DNA from: Phycisphaerae bacterium
GTDB taxonomy: Bacteria; Planctomycetota; Phycisphaerae; SM23-33
Direction: 5' to 3'
NCBI GenBank assembly: GCA_035686585.1
Contig: DASRZG010000099.1
Location: forward strand, 1-34,060
Length of the DNA stretch: 34,060 nt
The translations under genes and the position numbers were made by a program. The notes beneath the pieces are model-generated. The model searched no databases. It was not told the DNA's origin and worked only from the letters and a program-made list of their open reading frames with translations. Numbering within the stretch: position 1 is the stretch's first letter; each line of letters starts with the position of its first letter. Positions 23,213-29,553 of this stretch are shown piece by piece.

Positions 23213-23241
23213 CATGGTCACGTGGTGTCTGCGTGACCATG
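23213..23241 (+). terminator. 10-bp perfect stem-loop after gnd
   Basis: CATGGTCACG (23213-23222), 9-nt loop, CGTGACCATG (23232-23241). Confidence 0.5.
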
Positions 23242-23246
23242 ACGCC

Positions 23247-23312
23247 CCGCTTGCGGTTTAGCGAGGGCAGCCCGCGGCCCCGGGTCTTTCGGGACCGGGC
23301 CCTCCCCCACAA
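23247..23312 (+). repeat. bipartite intergenic motif, copy B (CCGCTTGCGGTTTAGCGA ... GGGACCGGGCCCTCCCCCACA)
   Basis: Box 1 at 23247-23264 is identical to copy C. Box 2 ends 5 nt before the uxaE ATG region. A variable GC hairpin lies between the boxes. Confidence 0.6.
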
Positions 23313-23316
23313 GGGA

Positions 23317-24789
23317 ATGACAATGATCGACCAACTGAAGTCACTGACCCACCTTGACATCTACCCCGCCAGCGTTACGGCCGCCGGGGGTGCGACGTAC
23401 TTCCTTGGCCGCAAAGGCCTGGACAAGCTTGTCGGTTGTGTCGGTGGACCCTGCCTGCCCAACGTGAAGCCGGTTGGCGAGATCGACGGCAAGTGCGTGT
23501 GCGTCGGCCCGACCGATCACGCCAACGCCCTCGCCCTGCGCGAGGCGCTGCCCTGGACGGGCCCGAGGTGCATCGGCCTGGCGACCAGCGCGGGCCTGGG
23601 CGACAGGCTGGGGGTGGCCACGCCCGGGCACGTGCGGGCGATCCGCGGCAGCGGGCTGGTGCCGATCTTCGCCCAGCAGTCGATCCGCGAGATGACCCGC
23701 ACGCGGCGGACGCCGGAGGAGGTCATGGACTGCGCCACCTGGGGCGTCTTCCAGGAGGGCTACCGGGAGGGCTTCGGCTCCGACGCCGACCACCTCCAGA
23801 AGCCCGAGGACATTGACGCGACCGTGGCGGCCGGGTTCACCATGTTCACCATCGACCCCGGCGCCCACGTGGACAACGACGCCGACACGGACGATCACGC
23901 CACCCTGTCCGCCAAGGTGGCCGCCCTGGACTTCGGGACGCTCGACACCTCCGCCGCCGACCTGAAGGCCTGCTACGCCGGGCAGTCCTTCGACCTCGGC
24001 GGCGGCGTGGTCATCGCCTTCGACGAAGACGCCCTGCTGCGGGCGGCCGCCAAGTACGGATCGGCCGTCGCCCACACGGTTCGGATGTACAGGCACCTCC
24101 AGGACGTGGCCACGAAGGACTTCGAGCTGGAGGTGTCCGTGGACGAGACGGACTCCCCCACCTCCCCGGCCGAGCATTACTTCTTCGCCAACGAGCTGAA
24201 GCGGCTGGGCGTCCGGTGGGTGTCGATGGCCCCCCGCTACATCGGCGAGTTCGAGAAGGGCGTGGACTACATCGGCGACCTGGACGAGTTCCGCGAGTCC
24301 TTCGCCGTGCACGTGGCCATCATGAAGGCCCTGGGCCCGTACAAGATGTCGATCCACTCCGGCTCGGACAAGTTCAGCATCTACCCCATCGTGGCCGAGC
24401 TGGCGGGCCCGTACGTGCACCTCAAGACCGCGGGCACCAGCTACCTGGAGGCGGTGCGGTCCATCGCCACGATCGATCCCGGCCTGTTCCGGGAGATCCT
24501 GGACTTCGCCCGCCAGCGGTACGACCAGGACAAGGCCACCTATCACGTCTCCGCCGATATCGCCAAGGTGCCGGCCGCCGACACGCTGAGGGACGACCAG
24601 CTTCACGACCTGCCCGACCAGTTCGACGCCCGCGAGGCCCTGCACGTGACGTTCGGATCGGTCCTGACCGCCGACGGCGGGAAGCGCTTCCGGACGCGCC
24701 TCTTGGAGGCGCTGAAGAAGGATGAAGAGACGCATTACTCCGTTCTGAGCAAGCATATCGGGCGCCACGTGGCGCCGTTCAGGAAGTAA
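23317..24789 (+). CDS. uxaE: tagaturonate/fructuronate epimerase family protein
   Basis: ORF 23209..24789, trimmed to ATG 23317 (or 23323). There are long matches to my recollection of Thermotoga UxaE: FAQQSIREM, ATWGVFQEGYxEGFGxDADH, FTMFTIDP, EVSVDETxxPTSP, HSGSDKFS.YP, KTAGTSYLEAV, YH.SAD..KVP. Confidence 0.85.
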   Translation: MTMIDQLKSLTHLDIYPASVTAAGGATYFLGRKGLDKLVGCVGGPCLPNVKPVGEIDGKCVCVGPTDHANALALREALPWTGPRCIGLATSAGLGDRLGVATPGHVRAIRGSGLVPIFAQQSIREMTRTRRTPEEVMDCATWGVFQEGYREGFGSDADHLQKPEDIDATVAAGFTMFTIDPGAHVDNDADTDDHATLSAKVAALDFGTLDTSAADLKACYAGQSFDLGGGVVIAFDEDALLRAAAKYGSAVAHTVRMYRHLQDVATKDFELEVSVDETDSPTSPAEHYFFANELKRLGVRWVSMAPRYIGEFEKGVDYIGDLDEFRESFAVHVAIMKALGPYKMSIHSGSDKFSIYPIVAELAGPYVHLKTAGTSYLEAVRSIATIDPGLFREILDFARQRYDQDKATYHVSADIAKVPAADTLRDDQLHDLPDQFDAREALHVTFGSVLTADGGKRFRTRLLEALKKDEETHYSVLSKHIGRHVAPFRK

Positions 24790-24796
24790 GGTGTAT

Positions 24797-24833
24797 AAAG
24801 CCCACGGATAGCGATCCGTGGGCATTAGACGAC
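24797..24833 (+). terminator. 37-nt hairpin-plus-tail module, copy 1 (AAAGCCCACGGATAGCGATCCGTGGGCATTAGACGAC)
   Basis: 10-bp stem GCCCACGGAT/ATCCGTGGGC (24800-24823) with loop AGCG, 8 nt after the uxaE stop. It matches the reverse complement of 28242-28278 at 35/37 positions. Confidence 0.65.
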
Positions 24834-24854
24834 TTGGGAGAAGGAACACATACG

Positions 24855-25676
24855 ATGTCCGAAGACACACTGTTCAGCGTAGAGGGTAAGTGCATCGCGA
24901 TCACCGGCGGCGCCGGGGTCCTGTGTGGGGAAATGGCGAAAGCGCTGGCGGCGCGGGGAGCGAAGATCGCGGTGCTGGACATCATGGACGAGCAGGCGGG
25001 GGCCCTGTGCAAGGAGATCGCCTCCGCGGGCGGATCGGCCGTGGCGGTCCACTGCAACGTCCTGGAGAAGGACGCCCTGCGCGAGGCCTTCGACCAGACC
25101 ATCGCCAGGCTGGCCCGCGTGGACGTGCTGATCAACGGCGCCGGCGGGAACAAGCGCCAGGCCACCTGCATCCCGCCCGAGACGTTCTTCGACGTCGACC
25201 CCGACGCGATCGAGTGGGTCTTCAAGCTCAACTGCCTCGGCACGATGCTGCCCAGCCAGGTCTTCGGCGCCCACATGGCCGAGCGCGGCGACGGGGTGAT
25301 CGTGAACGTCTCATCCATGAACGCCTTCCGCCCGCTGACCCGCATCGCCGCCTACTCGGCCGCCAAGGCCGCCGTCAGCAACTTCACCCAGTGGCTGAGC
25401 ACCTACATGGCCCAGACCCACTCGCCCAACATTCGCGTCAACGCCATCGCCCCGGGCTTCTTCCTGACCGAACAGAACCGCTTCCTGCTGACCGAGAAGG
25501 ACGGCAGCCTCACCGCCCGCGGCAAGCAGATCATCGACCACACCCCCGCGGGCCGCTTCGGCGAGCCGGCCGAGCTGATCGGCACCCTCGTCTGGCTGAT
25601 CTCCGACGCCTCGAAGTTCGTCTCGGGAATCGTGGTCCCCGTCGACGGCGGGTTCAGCGCCTATTCGGGGGTGTAG
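24855..25676 (+). CDS. SDR family oxidoreductase (likely a hexuronate or aldonate reductase partner of UxaE)
   Basis: ORF 24834..25676, trimmed to ATG 24855 (GGAGAAGGA upstream). Has ITGGAGVLCG (TGxxxGxG), NGAGGN, and the catalytic YSAAK. The substrate assignment is inference from adjacency. Confidence 0.85.
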   Translation: MSEDTLFSVEGKCIAITGGAGVLCGEMAKALAARGAKIAVLDIMDEQAGALCKEIASAGGSAVAVHCNVLEKDALREAFDQTIARLARVDVLINGAGGNKRQATCIPPETFFDVDPDAIEWVFKLNCLGTMLPSQVFGAHMAERGDGVIVNVSSMNAFRPLTRIAAYSAAKAAVSNFTQWLSTYMAQTHSPNIRVNAIAPGFFLTEQNRFLLTEKDGSLTARGKQIIDHTPAGRFGEPAELIGTLVWLISDASKFVSGIVVPVDGGFSAYSGV

Positions 25677-25758
25677 GCATTGCGCCTGCCTGAACTCGGA
25701 ATGCGGGTCTGCGCGGGGGGCGACCCAGCCGCACAGGCTTGGATGGCGTAGACCGATC

Positions 25759-26871
25759 ATGAAGGCCAATCGCCTACTACCGTTCCTCTGGGCCCTGGCG
25801 GCGGGCCTGACCGGGTGCGGCTCGGAGGCCAACTCCGGCTCCGGAACGATGCCTACCTTCTGGAACCCGGGCTTGCTGTACCTGAAGGCGGACTCCTGCT
25901 CCCGGCTGGTGGTGGAGATCGACACGGTCGAGGGGACGGAGATCCCGGCCGGGACCGTCGAGACGATACGGGACGTCCTGAGCACGTATTGCGACAAGCC
26001 CGAGGGGATTACCTTCATCAGGGAAAGGCCCATCCCCCTGTCAGAGGCGAGGCGAAAGGATCCGCACCTGGTGGCGTTGGAGAACGTGGACGGCCCCCTC
26101 CCCCGGCCCGGCGTGGGGCCGCCGGCCTTTCTGTACTTCCTGTTCTACGATTCCCGGAAGCTGGGCATGTCCAAGCCGCTCAACCCCCACGTTGTCAGGT
26201 GGTATCCCTGCGCAATCTACTGCGACGTGGCCTACCAGCCGTTCATGGGCCGCTCGATGTACCCGGCCGTCCTCCAGCACGAGATGGGGCACGTCCTGGG
26301 GCTGTGCCGAAACGCCGACCATGGCGACGGGACCCACTGCAACCGGCGGAGATGCGTGATGGATGCCGTTATTGGCGTCCCCATGGCCAAAGCCTTGCTC
26401 AAGCAGCCTCACTACCTGGACTACTGCGAGGCGTGCAAGGCCGACCTGCTGGCCGCGCGGAATGGGACCCGCGACGCGCGCCTGCGTTTTGCCGGACAGA
26501 CGCTGATCCGGCAGGAGAAGGAGTACTGGGTGTCTTACCTTCCCGGACGGGTCGCGGTGTCCTTCTCTCCTCCTTGGAGCGTGGACGGCAACAGGGAGTG
26601 TCTCAACGCCCAGCGAGAGTTCCGCGACCTGTACGCCCAGGCCCGCAAAGAGCGAAGGGACATCACCGTCAGTCTGGTCCAGTTGCGCGAGAAGCCGGCC
26701 TGCCAAGACCGATGCCGGGCCATCTACGATATTCTGACAGCAGATGCCGACACGATCGTTGCCGCGTGGGCAGGAAGTCAGCTCAAGGCGCTCAACAAGG
26801 CCGCCACCAAGCCCGCCGCGACCACACAGGCCGCGACCACACAGGGCGTTGCCGAGGCGTCACGGAAGTGA
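25759..26871 (+). CDS. lipoprotein with an archaemetzincin-like (peptidase M54-like) zinc-protease motif
   Basis: MKANRLLPFLWALAAGLTGC is a signal peptide plus lipobox (LTGC). HEMGHVLGL-(9 aa insert)-HCNRRRCVMD-X21-CEAC resembles the archaemetzincin consensus HExxHxxGx3Cx4CxMx17CxxC. The C-terminal tail is low complexity (AATTQ x2). Confidence 0.6.
   Translation: MKANRLLPFLWALAAGLTGCGSEANSGSGTMPTFWNPGLLYLKADSCSRLVVEIDTVEGTEIPAGTVETIRDVLSTYCDKPEGITFIRERPIPLSEARRKDPHLVALENVDGPLPRPGVGPPAFLYFLFYDSRKLGMSKPLNPHVVRWYPCAIYCDVAYQPFMGRSMYPAVLQHEMGHVLGLCRNADHGDGTHCNRRRCVMDAVIGVPMAKALLKQPHYLDYCEACKADLLAARNGTRDARLRFAGQTLIRQEKEYWVSYLPGRVAVSFSPPWSVDGNRECLNAQREFRDLYAQARKERRDITVSLVQLREKPACQDRCRAIYDILTADADTIVAAWAGSQLKALNKAATKPAATTQAATTQGVAEASRK
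26815..26844 (+). repeat. perfect 15-nt tandem duplication inside the lipoprotein CDS (GCCGCGACCACACAG x2)
   Basis: 26815-26829 equals 26830-26844. It is in frame and encodes AATTQ-AATTQ in the C-terminal tail. Confidence 0.85.
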
Positions 26872-26928
26872 TATGCATGCTGGTCCGGCTCTGCTAGACT
26901 TGGTGAGACAACCTGCCAGGAGTGACGT

Positions 26929-27816
26929 GTGGCCGATCATTTTTCCCAACTGAAACTCCTAAGGCGAACGCGGGATTTCCTCATCGGCATCGACTCCGAC
27001 GGCTGTGCGTTCGACACGATGGAGATCAAGCACAAGGAGTGCTTCATCCCCAACATCGTCAACACCTGGGACCTCCAGGCCGTCAGCCGGTTCGCAAGGG
27101 AGGCGGCGGAGTTCGTCAACCTCTACAGCCGGTGGCGCGGCACCAACCGCTTCCCGGCCTTGACGATGGTGTTCGATCTTCTGGCCGACTGGGACGAGCC
27201 GGTGGCCCGCGGGTACCAGCCCCCGCAGGTCGATTCACTCCGGGCGTGGATCGAGGCCGAATCACGCCTGGGCAATCCTGCCCTGGCGGCGAAGGCGGCC
27301 GAGACGGGCGATCCCGTCCTGGCCCGGGCCCTGGCGTGGTCCCGGGCCGTCAACGAAAGCATCGAGCGGATCGTCCGGGGCGTTCCCCCCTATCCGTACG
27401 TCCGCCAGAGCCTCCAGAAGGTCCAGGACGCCGCCGACATGATGGTCGTCTCGTCCACCCCCCGCGAGGCGCTCCAGCGGGAATGGGCGGAGCACGGCCT
27501 GGACGAGTACGTCGGCATGCTCTGCGGGCAGGAGATGGGCAGCAAGGCGGAGCACCTGCGGTACGGCGCCTGCGGCAAGTACGACGCTGGCCGGATCCTC
27601 ATGATCGGCGACGCCCCGGGCGACCTGCGGGCCGCCAAGGACAACGGCGTGCTGTTCTACCCGATCAACCCGGGCCGCGAGGCGGACTCCTGGCGGCGCT
27701 TCCACGACGAAGCCGCCGATCGGTTCCTCGCGGGCGAATACGCGGGCTCGTACGAGCAGGGCCTCCTCGACGCGTTCCTCGCCCTGCTGCCGGAGACGCC
27801 GCCGTGGAAGAAGTGA
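26929..27816 (+). CDS. HAD superfamily hydrolase
   Basis: GTG start with AGGAG 8 nt upstream. Motif I is IGIDSDGCAFDT (DxDG), motif II VVSST, motif IV MIGDAPGDLRAA. Confidence 0.75.
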   Translation: MADHFSQLKLLRRTRDFLIGIDSDGCAFDTMEIKHKECFIPNIVNTWDLQAVSRFAREAAEFVNLYSRWRGTNRFPALTMVFDLLADWDEPVARGYQPPQVDSLRAWIEAESRLGNPALAAKAAETGDPVLARALAWSRAVNESIERIVRGVPPYPYVRQSLQKVQDAADMMVVSSTPREALQREWAEHGLDEYVGMLCGQEMGSKAEHLRYGACGKYDAGRILMIGDAPGDLRAAKDNGVLFYPINPGREADSWRRFHDEAADRFLAGEYAGSYEQGLLDAFLALLPETPPWKK

Positions 27817-27835
27817 GTGCTGCTGGGATTCGCTT

Positions 27836-28237
27836 GTGACGGGCCTCGTCATGTCCAGGAAACAGGGCAAGTCCAGGACGGGCAGTCCCCCGCCCACAAC
27901 GCTGGACACGTGCTGTGGGTGCGGGGCCAAGTGCTGTTACGACCTGGTCATGCCCATCGACAAGCCCAAGACAGACTCCGACGTCCTCGAGCTGAAGTGG
28001 GAACTCCAGTACGACACGGTCAACCTCTTCATCCGCCGCCGCCGCTGGTACCGCCTCATCAAGGGCCGGTGCCTGTACCTCGACCGGCACGACCGCTGCA
28101 GCATCTACGAATGCCGCCCCGCCCGCTGCCGCGAGATGAAACCCCCCGACTGCGAGGACTTCGGCAAGTTCTACGACACGATGATCACCACGCCGGAAGA
28201 ACTGGACGAGTACCTCGCGTCCAGGAAGCGCCGGTAG
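27836..28237 (+). CDS. YkgJ family cysteine-cluster (zinc/iron-chelating, UPF0153) protein
   Basis: CCGCGAKCC near the N-terminus and GRCLYLDRHDRCSIYECRPARCRE, the typical CxxCxxCC ... C-x-IY-x-RP-x-C pattern. The start is GTG 27836 or ATG 27851. Confidence 0.75.
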   Translation: MTGLVMSRKQGKSRTGSPPPTTLDTCCGCGAKCCYDLVMPIDKPKTDSDVLELKWELQYDTVNLFIRRRRWYRLIKGRCLYLDRHDRCSIYECRPARCREMKPPDCEDFGKFYDTMITTPEELDEYLASRKRR

Positions 28238-28241
28238 TCCC

Positions 28242-28278
28242 GTCGTCTAAAACCCACGGATCGCTATCCGTGGGCTTT
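28242..28278 (-). terminator. 37-nt hairpin-plus-tail module, copy 2 (inverted), between convergent genes
   Basis: The minus strand reads AAAGCCCACGGATAGCGATCCGTGGGTTTTAGACGAC. The stem is followed by TTTT on the side of the GH5-like gene. It sits between the YkgJ stop (28237) and the GH stop (28293). Confidence 0.7.
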
Positions 28279-28292
28279 CGCGCCCAAACCCG

Positions 28293-29321
28293 TCAGGCGC
28301 TTCCCGTAACTTTCGATAACAGGTCGAAAAACCCTCGCTTGCGCGACGACGAGATCCCCCAGTCCACCGGCACCGACTGGTAGCCCTGCTCGAAATCCTC
28401 CCCCGCCATCCGGTAGTCGAAGTAGCCCCACCCGGCATACCGGCTGACGGCGGCCAGGAAGTTGTTGTCCGGCTTGTCGAAGTCGAAGTGGTCGTCCTCG
28501 TTGAACAGGATCGGCTGGCCGCGGTAGGCGGGCGAGTGGCGGCACTGATCGACCATCTGGCGGATCCGGTCCGGCTCGCCCACGCCGTTGCCGTGCAGCA
28601 GGAGGAAGTCGGCGGCGGCGATGATGGACTCCGGCGGGATCGCCCCGCCGCCCATGCTGGTCGAGACCAGAAGCCGCCCCGCCGACCGGGCCTTGACCCG
28701 CTCGATCAGCTCGCTGCAGCGGTCCGTCTTGATCACGTCCCGCGTGTAGGCCCGCACGTTGACCTCGTTGGCGATCTCGATCAGGACGTTGGTGTACCCG
28801 GTCTGGCACAGCCAGTCGACGGCGTTGTCGACGCCCTGGCGGACGGCGTCATCGTCCGCAAGTCGATGGTCCTGACCGAAATAGAACAGGCCGAGGATCA
28901 CGGCCATGCCCAGATCGTCCGCGGCGTCCAGTATCCGCCTCAGGCGCCCAAGGTAGTCCTCCCGCAGCGACCCGTCGGCCTCGAAGGCGGAGTTGTGCCA
29001 CGGCTGATGCTTCGAGTACCCCTGCGGGCTGCCGCCCTGGAGGTTGATGGTGAAGCTGATCAGCCCGCGGCGGCGCCAGACGCCCATCGCGGCCACGAAC
29101 TCGTCGGTGTTGCGGTCGGGGGCCCAGGGGCCGTCGGGGTAATCCCACGTCGCCCGCGTGTCCGGGTTGCGGTCGTCGAAGATCCCCTGCACCAGCCGGG
29201 CGTTGAGAAGCAGCCCCTCGACCTTCATCCCCTCGTAAACCCGGCCCGGATAGGTAGGCCGGCCGTTGATCTGGAACGCCTGCCCGTCAATGCCAACCGT
29301 CGTCCTGCTCGCCATGACCAA
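28293..29321 (-). CDS. TIM-barrel glycoside hydrolase, GH5/cellulase-like
   Basis: 342 aa. VLIEIANEVN matches the GH5-clan acid/base NE motif on strand 4, with ...LLLHGNG... later. No signal peptide is evident. I could not assign a family without a search. Confidence 0.5.
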   Translation of the reverse strand: MVMASRTTVGIDGQAFQINGRPTYPGRVYEGMKVEGLLLNARLVQGIFDDRNPDTRATWDYPDGPWAPDRNTDEFVAAMGVWRRRGLISFTINLQGGSPQGYSKHQPWHNSAFEADGSLREDYLGRLRRILDAADDLGMAVILGLFYFGQDHRLADDDAVRQGVDNAVDWLCQTGYTNVLIEIANEVNVRAYTRDVIKTDRCSELIERVKARSAGRLLVSTSMGGGAIPPESIIAAADFLLLHGNGVGEPDRIRQMVDQCRHSPAYRGQPILFNEDDHFDFDKPDNNFLAAVSRYAGWGYFDYRMAGEDFEQGYQSVPVDWGISSSRKRGFFDLLSKVTGSA

Positions 29322-29440
29322 CTCCCGTTCGGTGCCGTGACCCTCGGACGCGCCATTCTGCCTCAGTCGACGCCCGAATGAAAGCTCGTCTCACACCCCT
29401 CGGATCGCCTTCCTGATGGGCCCCCGGCGCGCGCAGCCCC

Positions 29441-29496
29441 CCGCTTGCGGTTTAGCGAACCCCCACACTGGCCGAAGGCGGGACCCTCCCCCAACC
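29441..29496 (+). repeat. bipartite intergenic motif, copy C (CCGCTTGCGGTTTAGCGA ... GGGACCCTCCCCCAAC)
   Basis: Box 1 at 29441-29458 and box 2 at 29481-29495, 58 nt upstream of the ATG of the DNRLRE/Trx gene. TGGTACAAT (an extended -10-like sequence) follows at 29518-29526. Confidence 0.6.
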
Positions 29497-29553
29497 CGCG
29501 GCGCCGGCGCCCGCGTCTGGTACAATGACCCCCGTCGTGCAAAGGAGACGGAG

